Virus record (IMG/VR): IMGVR_UViG_3300010282_000004 | Span: 32,001-96,000 of that record | Direction: 5' to 3' (one strand) | Length of the DNA stretch: 64,000 bases | From: a virus | Lineage: Duplodnaviria > Caudoviricetes | Part shown: positions 1-10,500 of the stretch, piece by piece | How the letters are laid out: each line of letters starts with the position of its first letter | How positions within the stretch are numbered: the stretch's first letter is position 1 | Translations under genes and position numbers: made by a program | Notes under the pieces: model-generated | The model's input: the letters and a program-made list of their open reading frames with translations, nothing else | Database searches by the model: none | Told to the model about the DNA's origin: nothing

Positions 1-804
1 GAAGCTTATACTAAAATGAAAGAAGCTATTGCAAATAAAAAACCTACTTATAGCCAGTCTGGTTATATGGATGTTGTTGTTGGTGGAAAGAGTTTTACAG
101 TAAGACGTGACTGTTCCGGATATGTTTCTGCAGCACTTGAGTTGTTTGGAGTATTCTCTCATAACTATAGAACAAACTCTACCGGGTTCTCACATGATAA
201 AAATGTAGAGTCATTGCTTGTCAAAGCAGGGTTTAAGAAAGTTGCTTTTACTAATTGGGAAAGTTTAGTAGAAGGATCTATTATTTCTGATGACTATGCT
301 CATGTTGAAATCTTTGGATACAATTCAGGAAAAACACATTATGTTTATTCGAATGGTAGTACTACTACTATGAGGAATTCTGGAGTAACAAAAGACGGTG
401 GTAAGCATAAGTATGATACAGTTTGGCTTCCACCAACAGAGAATAAACCGATTAGTAATCCAATACCTAGTACTCCTATGTCGAGTGAGTATAGTAAAAC
501 AGATTTTATTAAAGATATTCAGAGGGCAATTGGAGCAAAGGTAGACGGAATTGCTGGTAGTGAAACATTGTTAAAGACTGTCACTGTTTCAAGATTTATT
601 AATAATAAACATGCCGTAGTTAAACCATTACAGAAATATTTAAATTCAATTGGTTATAACTGTGGTGTTGTAGATGGTGTAGCTGGGAATCTATTTGATA
701 CTGCCGTTAAGAAATTTCAGAGAGACAAGCTTGGTATGAGCAATCCTGACGGAGAACTTACAAATGGTGGAAAGTCTTGGAAGAAACTTCTAGGCTTAAT
801 TTAA
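1..804 (+). CDS. Endolysin (NlpC/P60- or CHAP-like cysteine peptidase/amidase plus C-terminal peptidoglycan-binding domains); probably 5'-truncated by the window edge
   Basis: RRDCSGYVS catalytic-Cys motif and HVEI His motif; PG-binding-like repeats (VDGIAGSET, LQKYLN..GYNCGVVDGVAG..TAVKKFQ); frame is open to position 1; holin follows. Confidence 0.85.
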   Translation, partial: EAYTKMKEAIANKKPTYSQSGYMDVVVGGKSFTVRRDCSGYVSAALELFGVFSHNYRTNSTGFSHDKNVESLLVKAGFKKVAFTNWESLVEGSIISDDYAHVEIFGYNSGKTHYVYSNGSTTTMRNSGVTKDGGKHKYDTVWLPPTENKPISNPIPSTPMSSEYSKTDFIKDIQRAIGAKVDGIAGSETLLKTVTVSRFINNKHAVVKPLQKYLNSIGYNCGVVDGVAGNLFDTAVKKFQRDKLGMSNPDGELTNGGKSWKKLLGLI

Positions 805-818
805 GGAGGATAAAAACT

Positions 819-1130
819 ATGACAGTTGAAGTATTTTTAGGTATTTTAGTTATTAGTGCAGCTGCTACTTCTATTGGAATTGAAATCGTAAAGAATATGT
901 TGACTACGTTTGGAGTAAAATACAATCCTATGGTTGTTGCAGTATTTTCTGCTTTTGCAGTTGGATGTGCCGAGATGGTCATTTATTTGAACAAGACTGG
1001 CAGTACTGCCAATATTGGGTATACTGTTATTTATTCATTGTGTATGGGTATTGTCAATGTCGTTGGTACTACTACCGGGTATGACACAGTTAAGGCATTT
1101 ATCTTAGCATTGTTCGGCAAGAAAGAATAA
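819..1130 (+). CDS. Putative holin
   Basis: AGGAGG RBS before ATG 819; about three hydrophobic segments; GYD-x-VK motif near a basic C-terminus; directly after the endolysin. Confidence 0.75.
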   Translation: MTVEVFLGILVISAAATSIGIEIVKNMLTTFGVKYNPMVVAVFSAFAVGCAEMVIYLNKTGSTANIGYTVIYSLCMGIVNVVGTTTGYDTVKAFILALFGKKE

Positions 1131-1146
1131 GGAAGGATGGGATGAC

Positions 1147-1659
1147 ATGGCTACTATTGAGGAGTTACTTGATTTAGATGCGTCAGTAGTTTTGTCCTTT
1201 TTTGTAATAGTGTTTGCTCTTGTGGCCGCTTTCGATGCAATTGGTAAGCTATCATTATATATTGGCAAACCTGTAAAATGGGTAAGAAAGAATAATGAAG
1301 ACCATGAGTCAATCATTAAACTTGCAGAAACATTGGATGTTTTAAAGAAACAACAGGACGTTGATAGGGAACAGTCTATTATTCATGATGAGAGAATTCG
1401 TAGTGAGGTAGATAAGTTTGCTACAATGTTCTTTGAAAAAAATATTGAAGATATGCGGTGGCGAATCTTAGATTTCGCCTCTGCTATCTCCAATGGTAGA
1501 AAATTTAATAGAGAGTCATATGACTTTATTATTAAGACATATGATCAGTATGAGAAGATTTTAAAAGAACAAGGGAAAACTAATGGGGTCGTTGACACGA
1601 CAGTTTCGTATATAAGGGAAGAATACATGAAACACCTAAGAAATGGTGATTTTAAATAG
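1147..1659 (+). CDS. Lysis-module membrane protein (N-terminal TM, coiled coil)
   Basis: One hydrophobic N-terminal helix; RWRILDFAS..NG motif typical of proteins next to phage holins. Confidence 0.5.
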   Translation: MATIEELLDLDASVVLSFFVIVFALVAAFDAIGKLSLYIGKPVKWVRKNNEDHESIIKLAETLDVLKKQQDVDREQSIIHDERIRSEVDKFATMFFEKNIEDMRWRILDFASAISNGRKFNRESYDFIIKTYDQYEKILKEQGKTNGVVDTTVSYIREEYMKHLRNGDFK

Positions 1660-1672
1660 AACGAAAGGATAT

Positions 1673-1704
1673 GGAGAGTGGCTAATAACCACTCTCCTAT
1701 TTTT
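1673..1704 (+). terminator. Intrinsic terminator-like hairpin
   Basis: GGAGAGTGG-N7-CCACTCTCC followed by TATTTTT. Confidence 0.65.
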
Positions 1705-1708
1705 AACT

Positions 1709-2215
1709 ATGAGTAAAAAAAAGTGTAGATTAATTGGGTTTGATAGTTCTACAAAGTCTACAGGATATGCAGTCTTTGATGATGGTATTTTCAATTCAGT
1801 TGATAGGATTGATAAGAGTTCAATCAAAGATGGCGGTGTTAGACTTATTGAAATGATTAAAGAGGTACATGAAGTTATTGAGAAATACTCTCCTACTATT
1901 GTTACTTGGGAAGTCCCGGTTGTAATAAGGAATCCTCAGACTCAGAGGGATTTGTCTATGTTGGCTGGTGCAATCATGGGGAAATGTATCGAGAAAAATA
2001 TTTTCTTCTATCCATTACGACCAACTGAATGGAGAAAACTAGTTAAGGACGAATCTGAAAAACTTCCTCGTAAAAGGGACGAGCTTAAAAAGTGGGGAAT
2101 TAATAAGGTGAAAGAACTATTTAATATTGAAGTTGAAAACGATGATGAGTCTGATGCTATTCTATTATGTCAGGCTTATATGAATATATTTAAGGATGGT
2201 GAGAATAATGACTGA
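1709..2215 (+). CDS. RuvC-like Holliday junction resolvase
   Basis: LIGFDSSTKSTGYAVF, VTWE, PTEWRK and DDESDAI motifs of phage RuvC-like nucleases. Confidence 0.8.
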   Translation: MSKKKCRLIGFDSSTKSTGYAVFDDGIFNSVDRIDKSSIKDGGVRLIEMIKEVHEVIEKYSPTIVTWEVPVVIRNPQTQRDLSMLAGAIMGKCIEKNIFFYPLRPTEWRKLVKDESEKLPRKRDELKKWGINKVKELFNIEVENDDESDAILLCQAYMNIFKDGENND

Positions 2216-2444
2216 GAATCAAAACATAATGCAGTCAATATTGTTACATATTAGAAAGAATATTATTCTTTCTGGTCTTGATAATCTTGATGACATGAAA
2301 GAACTTGTTGCAATGGCATGCAAGGTTTCTACTCAGATATCAAAGATTGAACATGAAGAATATGAATTTTCCGAAGATGATTTTGAAGAGGACGATGAAT
2401 CTGAAGAAGAATCGGATGATGAATCTGAAGAGGACGATGAATAA
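2208..2444 (+). CDS. Small hypothetical protein with a very acidic C-terminal tail
   Basis: ORF overlaps the end of the resolvase; the C-terminal ~30 residues are mostly D/E. Confidence 0.6.
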   Translation: MTENQNIMQSILLHIRKNIILSGLDNLDDMKELVAMACKVSTQISKIEHEEYEFSEDDFEEDDESEEESDDESEEDDE

Positions 2445-2463
2445 TAATTTATAATAAGAAAGG

Positions 2464-3069
2464 ATGGGTTATACTATGACCGTAAAGGAATTTTTAGAGG
2501 ATTTAAACAAAGTAACTGGTAATTCAATTAAGGAAGAAAGAATGAAAAAGAACTTAAACGTAAAGCAGTATGTATCATTTATTGATAAAGTCAATCTTGC
2601 TGAACGTGTAGTTTATCATTCTACTCATGATTTCGATCAGGAAGGTAATGTAGTTGGTAATATTACTATCAATTCTATTTCAAAATATTTATTACATGTA
2701 ATGGGTATTATTGATATGTATACTGATCTTGATATTAACTACAATAATCTTGTTGAAGATTACGATTTACTTAATGTTAATGGAATGATTCAGGAAATTG
2801 TAACTCTTATTGGAGAAAAAGAGATTGCCGAATGTCAGATGTTACTTGATATGAAACTTGGAGATTTTATGCAGAATAAATTATCTGTGTACTCTTTTGT
2901 ACGTGATCAGGTTGAAAGGTTTGGTACTCTTTCCGGGATTACACTCTCTTCTATTAAAGAAGGGTTTGCTAATGTAGTAGATAGTCTTACGCCTGAACAG
3001 ATTGAGCAGTTTGCAAATTCTTTTGTAAATAATACTACTAACGAAGACGTTGTAAGGGATGCAGAGTAA
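2464..3069 (+). CDS. Hypothetical phage protein (possible tail assembly chaperone)
   Basis: 201-aa ORF upstream of the tape measure gene; function inferred from position only. Confidence 0.5.
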   Translation: MGYTMTVKEFLEDLNKVTGNSIKEERMKKNLNVKQYVSFIDKVNLAERVVYHSTHDFDQEGNVVGNITINSISKYLLHVMGIIDMYTDLDINYNNLVEDYDLLNVNGMIQEIVTLIGEKEIAECQMLLDMKLGDFMQNKLSVYSFVRDQVERFGTLSGITLSSIKEGFANVVDSLTPEQIEQFANSFVNNTTNEDVVRDAE

Positions 3070-3070
3070 T

Positions 3071-3099
3071 TTGACAATTTGTTATATTTGTTATACAAT
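3071..3099 (+). promoter_or_regulatory. Sigma-A/sigma-70-type promoter
   Basis: TTGACA (3071-3076), 17-nt spacer, TACAAT (3094-3099). Confidence 0.8.
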
Positions 3100-3133
3100 G
3101 TATGTACAAAATAATATATTGCGAGGTGGTTTT

Positions 3134-3679
3134 ATGAAGAGTAAAAAGAAAACACTTTTTATATTAATACCCATATCATTAATAATTGTAGTTGTAATAG
3201 TTTTAATTGGGTTATATCTTTATTACGGAATACATATATATGACAACAAAGGAAGAGTTAGAGGTTTTGAATCCTTTGCGTTTTCTGGTGACGTATTTCA
3301 AAAACTCAAAAAAATTTATAATGAACCTCCATTTGAAGATGAAGATGGTAACTTACATGAATATATAAAAAATTTTGATGGAATTGACACATGCGATGCT
3401 ACAGTTAAATATTGCTTTTACGACCATCATCATTTAAAGAAAACATGTATATATCTTTCATCTTCAGAATATTCGACAGATGATTTGTATAATAAAATTA
3501 TCAAAAATTTTAGACGGATATTTGGGACTCCAAATATTAGTGTAGATGAACATGGCGAACCTTATGGAAATGTTTATTGGTCAATTAATCGTGGAGAAAA
3601 AGTTACTATTATTAATGTTGAAACAGGATATTTTTACACAGAAGGAATTTATCAAGTATATATAGAGTTTGTATACTAA
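3134..3679 (+). CDS. Membrane-anchored moron protein
   Basis: GAGGTG RBS; MKSKKK then a long hydrophobic helix; has its own promoter and terminator. Confidence 0.7.
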   Translation: MKSKKKTLFILIPISLIIVVVIVLIGLYLYYGIHIYDNKGRVRGFESFAFSGDVFQKLKKIYNEPPFEDEDGNLHEYIKNFDGIDTCDATVKYCFYDHHHLKKTCIYLSSSEYSTDDLYNKIIKNFRRIFGTPNISVDEHGEPYGNVYWSINRGEKVTIINVETGYFYTEGIYQVYIEFVY

Positions 3680-3683
3680 TATT

Positions 3684-3714
3684 TAAGAGAGTGGTAATCC
3701 ACTCTCTTATTTTT
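3684..3714 (+). terminator. Intrinsic terminator
   Basis: TAAGAGAGTGG-TAAT-CCACTCTCTTA followed by TTTTT. Confidence 0.8.
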
Positions 3715-3732
3715 ATAGAAAGGAATATTGAA

Positions 3733-3885
3733 ATGAAAAAATGGATTGCACCAAATATTGAAATTGAAGATATTAAGGACACCGCTGCCGGTGGTGGTAA
3801 ACCTACTAGACACGATGGGTTTATTTGGGAAAGAACTGATGGCAATCGTGTTGTTATGGTTGAAGAGTATTTCCCGGTTTCATAA
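3733..3885 (+). CDS. Lasso-peptide-precursor-like peptide (paeninodin-like), 50 aa
   Basis: AAAGGA RBS; MKKWIAPNIEIEDIKDTAAGGGKPTRHDG...FPVS has a WxxPxI leader motif, a Thr before a Gly-rich core, an Asp near core position 9-10 and a C-terminal Ser. Confidence 0.6.
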   Translation: MKKWIAPNIEIEDIKDTAAGGGKPTRHDGFIWERTDGNRVVMVEEYFPVS

Positions 3886-3988
3886 CATATAATGGAATAA
3901 CTACTCTTCTATTACACTCAACTCTCATTGGCCTCAAAACCATTGGGAGTTTTTCTATTAAAAATATAATGAAAGGATCGGTGATAAT

Positions 3989-4564
3989 ATGGCTACTCTT
4001 CCATACTATAAGCAATTTGATTTTATAGAAAAAGATGTTGAAAAAATGTGTAAGGAAATTACGCATAAACTTGCAAAAAGCGCAAGAACAGATATGGTAA
4101 CTGCTAGTAATTCGTTGATAAAACAATATTACGATATTTATAGACCAGATAAAGGAGAACCATATTATTATAATAGAGGATACAATTTGTTTAATATGAT
4201 ATTTGTCAAACCTTTAAGAGACAAAAATAAAAAGGGGTTTATTGGGTCTACTGCAACTGTTCAAACTGGTGCTGAATACATGAATGATGATTATAAAAAA
4301 AATCAGTACAAACCATTAATTTATGATCTTGTATGGAATGCTGCACACAGAGGTTTGCCAACACAAATGAATTTAGAAAAAATTGATCCAGATAGGTTTA
4401 AAGGATGGACATGGAATCCAAGTTACAAAGATGAATATGGAGATAATTATAATGCAGTAACACCACACTTACTCATAATAAATTATATGAATAAATGGGG
4501 GAAAATATGCGGTAAAAGATTAGATAATATTATTAAATATTATCATAAGAGTGTTAGATTTTAG
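3989..4564 (+). CDS. Hypothetical phage protein preceding the tape measure gene
   Basis: 191-aa ORF with an AAAGGA/GGTG RBS-like sequence upstream. Confidence 0.6.
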   Translation: MATLPYYKQFDFIEKDVEKMCKEITHKLAKSARTDMVTASNSLIKQYYDIYRPDKGEPYYYNRGYNLFNMIFVKPLRDKNKKGFIGSTATVQTGAEYMNDDYKKNQYKPLIYDLVWNAAHRGLPTQMNLEKIDPDRFKGWTWNPSYKDEYGDNYNAVTPHLLIINYMNKWGKICGKRLDNIIKYYHKSVRF

Positions 4565-4575
4565 GAGGTATAAAG

Positions 4576-7500
4576 ATGGCTAATGCAAGTAACTCAAGTT
4601 TTTTAAGACAGTATAACATCAAAATTGGTGCTGATACTACAGAACTTTTAAATAAATTAAAGGCTGCAAAAAAAGAGTTAACAGATAAATTAAATAATTT
4701 AGATTTTAGTGTATTAACTGATGCAGTAAAAAAAGACATGGAAAAAGTACTTGAAGAAGTAACAAACGCAACAGAGCTCATGTCTAAGTCATTTGAAAAT
4801 ATTGAAAGCAAACTTAATGTAGATGGTATAGAAAAAAATTTCACCAATCTATCTTCTACTGTTGAATCTACAGTTGGAACATTAAAGGATACGCTTGGTT
4901 CGCTTGAAGAATCTATTGCCACTCTTAATAGCAGAGACTTTACACAACTTGGTGGGCAAATATCTCAAAGTTTTAATGAAGTGAACGAAAGTGTTGGTAA
5001 AGTACTTGGTAAAATTGTAGAAGTTACTGTTGGTATAAAAGAATATCAGGAAGTTCTTAGGGATGTTAGATCCGGTAAGATTACAATGAATATTGAAACT
5101 AATAACATGGAAAATACAGTTTCAAATGTTGAAAATGAATTGGATGTTATTGCACATAAATATTCTGATGTTATTTCTAAAATAGAAGAAAGACTGTCAG
5201 ATATGAATGTACCAACAGACCCAAGAGAAGATTTAAAAGGTTTAAGAGAATATCTTATAGTTCTCAATAATGTTATTGAATCTTATGACGAATTTAACAA
5301 TGATCAAAAAAGGTCTATTGGATTAAATATAGACATGATAAAGAAACAACGTTCTCAAATTAGCGGCTTATATGAGGATGGTATTAGATATGCAAAAAGA
5401 GCGGCAATTGATCTTGAAAAAGAAAACCTTGCAATAAACGTTTCAGAAAAAGTATCAGATATGCTTTCTGGAGCAATTGAGAAAGGTAATACAGATGAAA
5501 TCAAAAAGGCACTTGATAAGGTTGTAAAATTTCTTGGTGGATTGGATTTTGGAGAAGGTATTGAATTAAAGTGGAAAACTAGAATTGATCCAGACGTTAC
5601 AGTTGAAAAATTAGAAAAAGAACTTCAAGAAAGATATATTCAACCAATTCAAGAGTATCTTAATAATCCGAACAATGAACTTAAACTTCATGTTTCTATT
5701 GCAAAACAAAGTGCAGTTAATCTAAGAGATGAGGCCATGAAGATTATACATGATGCATTAGCAGGCAAATTGGGCGATAATACCATTGGAGATTTAAGAA
5801 AAGATATTGTAGAGCAACAGGCCGCAAAGCAATCCGGTCAATCATCATCTCAGCAATCTTTTGTTCCAATGCCTGGCAGATATGCATCACAATCAGGAGT
5901 GTCTAATTCAAATTATGGAGGCATAAATTTAGATGCAACAGGACTTGCTCAGGAATCTACATTATCTAGAATTGCAAATGCAGTTGAAAAATGGGATTCT
6001 AATGGTATTCCGACAGTATCAAGATATCCTAAAAAAGAAGAAAACATTACTGAAAAAGCAATTAATAAAGCAGAACAATTACTTGCTGGCAGATCGTTGG
6101 GTAATATTAACAATCCTATTGCAGTTGATGCCGCAAATGTTAGAAAAGAAACTATCAAAAGAATTGGTTATTACGAACAAAGAAACGATATGATTAAAGA
6201 ACTTGCTAAAGTAGGCGTAAGATTGACAAAGAAAAAAGATATCTTTACTAGTTCAGCGTTCTTTAATGAAGGATATACCGCAAAAGACGGAAAAGTTTAT
6301 GCTAAATGGGCAGGTCTTGGTACTCCTGTTCTACTTGAGGATTGGAAAAAAGAATGGCTTAAAGTTCTTGAAGATGGTGTTAAACCTTTAACAGAGCTTG
6401 AGAAGAGAACAATAAAAGAAAATAAATACAATAGAGATAAATTTACTAAGGAAGAATGGGAAAAACTTGAAGTTAAACAGAATTATACTATCACAGAATG
6501 GTTAAACAAACAACTTGTTGATGTAAATAAGATCAAAGAAGGAAGTGGCCTTGAATATGATGGCAAACGTCTTATTGCAGCAAATGAAACATCTACAAGT
6601 TATGGATCTATCTACTCTTCTGCTCAAAGTCAAATAAGAGTTCTTCAGAAAGAAATCCTTGAAGATAGAAAAGACGAAAATGGTAATATAATTCTTGGTC
6701 TTAATACTGAAGCTCAAAAACTTGACATTTTAAAAGAAGAACGTGATTTAATGCAACAAATCATAGGACTATCTTCTACTGATCCAAGTAATGAAATGCT
6801 TCCTCAGTTAAAAGAACAACTCAGGCAAAAAGAAAGACATATTGAAAATCAAGATTTATTTAAAGAAAAACAGGCACGTCTCATTGAACTTGAGAATATT
6901 AGGACAGAAAATAATGGGTGGTCTAATGACGAGTTTTATGAGTACGAAAACATAAAACAATTAATAAATTCTTTGTATGTTGAGCCTACGGAAGATATGT
7001 TGGAATTTGCGCTAAAAAATGTTGAGGTAATTGACGCTGCAGTTACTGAACAACAGGCTAAGGTAGAAGCATTACAAAGTACGTATAATGATAGAATAAG
7101 AGATATTACAATTAAGTTCTATAAAGACAATAATGTTTTTACAACTGATAGTGGACAACAAATTAAATTACTTGTAAATGATGATGCAGATTATAGAAAA
7201 AAGGTTGAAGAATTAAAGGTAGGTCGTGCCACTCTTTCTGCTATGGAAGCATCTATGTATCGTGGCGACTATGAAGATTATGGTGCGTTATACAATGATG
7301 AAGAAAGAAAACAATATAGTCAGTTAAAATATAGAATGGATGCGCTTGGCAAGGCAGTTGTATTTTATCAAGAGATGCGTAAAAAGCAGGGTGTTGAATT
7401 AGAGAAGATAAAGGAATTTGTTCCAAAGAAGGTAGATTCTCAGGGTGAAGAAGTTATGACTCTTGCAAAAGCATTAAAACCTATGATTGAATCTGGTTTA

Positions 7501-10500
7501 ACAGAGAACGAATATCTAAGAACTGCTAGTCAAGAAGAGTTTAAACAAATTGTAGAAGACTTATTAAAGGTCGAAGATTCAGAGTATGATGTTCAGCAAG
7601 ATGTTATTACTGCGCTTGAAGCACGTATACAATATCTAAACAAAAAGAAAATTGAAGTTGATAAGGATATAAAGGATGCAAAAGCTGCAGGTAGGGACAC
7701 AATTAAATTAGAAGAAACAAGTAAGGGTCTTGGAGAGGCCGTTGCAGGTTTAAGCGCAGACAAGAAAAATATAGAAGCACAAAATAAATTAACTACTGCT
7801 ATTAAGTCTACAAATAATTTAAACGACAAAGAGTTTGATCAACTCATGAGAATCGTTGATACATTTGTAGAGAAACAGAATTCTAAGAATAGATTAGATT
7901 TCCTTGATAAGAAATTAAGTCCATTAAGTGAGGTTGATTATAACAATTTTTTAAAAGAATTTAATGAAAGAATGTCTGTAGTTTTTGATCTTGATGAAAA
8001 ACACAATGCACAAAAAATAACAGATGAACAATATAATGCATTAATAACTGATGCTGAGAACAAAGTATATGAAACAATAGCAAAAATGAATCCGTTGCCA
8101 GAAGATGTTCCAATTGAAACAAAGGATAAGTTAAATAATATTATATATCAAATTGCGTACAGAGAAAATTCATATAAGACTCTTTCTGAAGCGTTACAAC
8201 AAGAAAGAAAAAACAGGGCAAATCTTATAAAAGCCTATGAAGAAGGTAAACTTGTAGATCCAAAAACAGGTGACATAGCAGAGGATTATTTTAGAAAAAA
8301 AGATCAAGAATATGTTGATAGAATTAATGAAATTGTGTCTAACTTGAACTCAATACTTGACGAAAATGATAGATTGATGAAAGACAAATCTGAGTTATTA
8401 TCCGGGTATAGAACAAGTGGAAAGGCTTTTGATCAATATACTGCCGAAAAAGTAAATAGTCAAAAGTTGGATAAGCAACTTGAGATGCTAATCGAAGAAG
8501 CACTTGGATCTTTAAGCGGTCGTATCAAAGACAAACTTGGCGAAACACTAACATCTTTAATAAGCGAAGGAAAATTCCACGAAGGTCTTAAGGAAGGATT
8601 AGATAAAGGAATTGACTCTATTATTGCAGAAGAAGGATTGGGTAAAGACGGAAAGATTTTTAAAGAGCAGCTTGACGAAGCTATCGATTCCATTTTAGAA
8701 GAAGGTTTAACTGGATATGATTTAGAGAAGAAATTAAGTGATAAGTTCTCTTCTATAATTAATAAAAACTTTTATGTTAGAGGTGGACATTTAAAAGGAT
8801 TACTCAAGAATGGTGTTGAAGGTCTTCTATCCAATGATTTAATTTACAATCTAATAAATTATAAATTAACTCCGACTGGAAAGGCTACTACTAATATTAC
8901 AAATAGTGCTTCTACTAGAGTTTCTGAAAGCAAACAGGCCACTGAGATATTAAATAGAATTCTTCATAGAAATACAGTTAGGACTGAAACTGAGAAAAAA
9001 AGAAGCGAAGAAAGAACTGAAGAAAGAACCAGAGCTGAAGTTAAAAAAGAAGAGACGAAAGAAAGATTTAATGTTTCAAGTATATTAAATAGTCTTGAAA
9101 CTATGCAGAATGAAATATATGAAAATATAGATGAAAAAAAGTTGATGGAAAACGAATTAACAGAATTGGAAAGCCTGTCTGGAAGCAATTTATTAAAAGC
9201 ATATGATAAATTTTATGAGTCAAAAGAAAAGGAATTAGAAGCTCTTGATCAAAGCGAAAAGGATTTGTTAGCAAAAATTAATTCATATACGTACTCTAAC
9301 GAAGGTATCGAAGAATTGGTTAATGACATACTTAACAACAAAGATGGTAGATATGTGAAAAGAGTATCTAATGACCCAAGAGTACCAAATGTACCGTTGA
9401 GCAAACAAGAACTTGAAAAAAAGGCTAATGAAAAACGTACTGAATTATACACAGAGAAAAACAAATTAAATGAAGAATACAATAAAACAGTTGAAGATAA
9501 TAAGGTTAAAAGGCAAAATATTGAAAAGGAAATAGCTGACGAGCGTTCTAAAATGGCTGCAGGTAATGCATATCTTAATATCTTAATATCCGAAAGAGAA
9601 AAATTAAAGAAATTTACAAGTTCTGCAAATGAAACTGAATCAAAAATAAAAAAAATAGATGACGAATTGAATCTGATAAGAAATAGAGCTCAAATAACTG
9701 GGCAAATCCCTGACGAAATCGAGCAAAGACGTAGTGAATTATTAAAAGAACGTGAAATACTACAATCGTCTTATAATTATAAGATTGAATCTAAAAAAGA
9801 TATTGAAGATAAAATTTTATCTTTAGAAGAAAAAATACTCCACGGAGACGGGCAGGATGAAATAAATAATAGAATTGACGTAATACATCAAGACCTTGAA
9901 AATTTGCAAGTTAGAAGAGATTTTATTCGTGATTCATACAAATCAAAAGCTGGAGATTTAATCACTGGATCTGGCGAAAAGGAAACTAAAGAGTCACGTT
10001 TCTATGAGCTTAATGAAGCCCTTAAACATTATTCTAATTCAAATTTTAAAATAGAAAGAGAACTGTGGGGAAAGGCAGGGACATATCTTAATAGTGACGA
10101 TATTTCCGATATTATATTTGGGCAAGTAGGGGCTAAATATAAATCTCGTTTAGGGGCTGAATATACTATTACCGAGGATATGCAGTCACTTGCTCGTGAG
10201 TTTGGTAAAAATGAGCCTATCATTAGTAACTTAACAAAAGCATTAAGGAGATTTATCCCAAATTTTGATAAAGACGTTTCTATATTGGGCGGATATGATG
10301 ATAAGTATACAATTAAGCCATCTGATAGTACTGATGCTATCAATAAAAATACTACCGCTACAGAAGAAAATACTGAATCTAAATCAGATGCTACTACTGC
10401 TACTGCTGCTTCTACAGATGAAATCAAAAAAGAAACAGAAGAAATTGAGAAAAATACAAAGGCTAAACAAAAAAATCAAAAGGTAACAAATGATATTCTT

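Noticed and set aside
2464-4564. Programmed frameshift of a tail assembly chaperone pair
   Set aside because: No clear slippery heptamer with an overlapping downstream frame; the candidate genes are separated by a moron.
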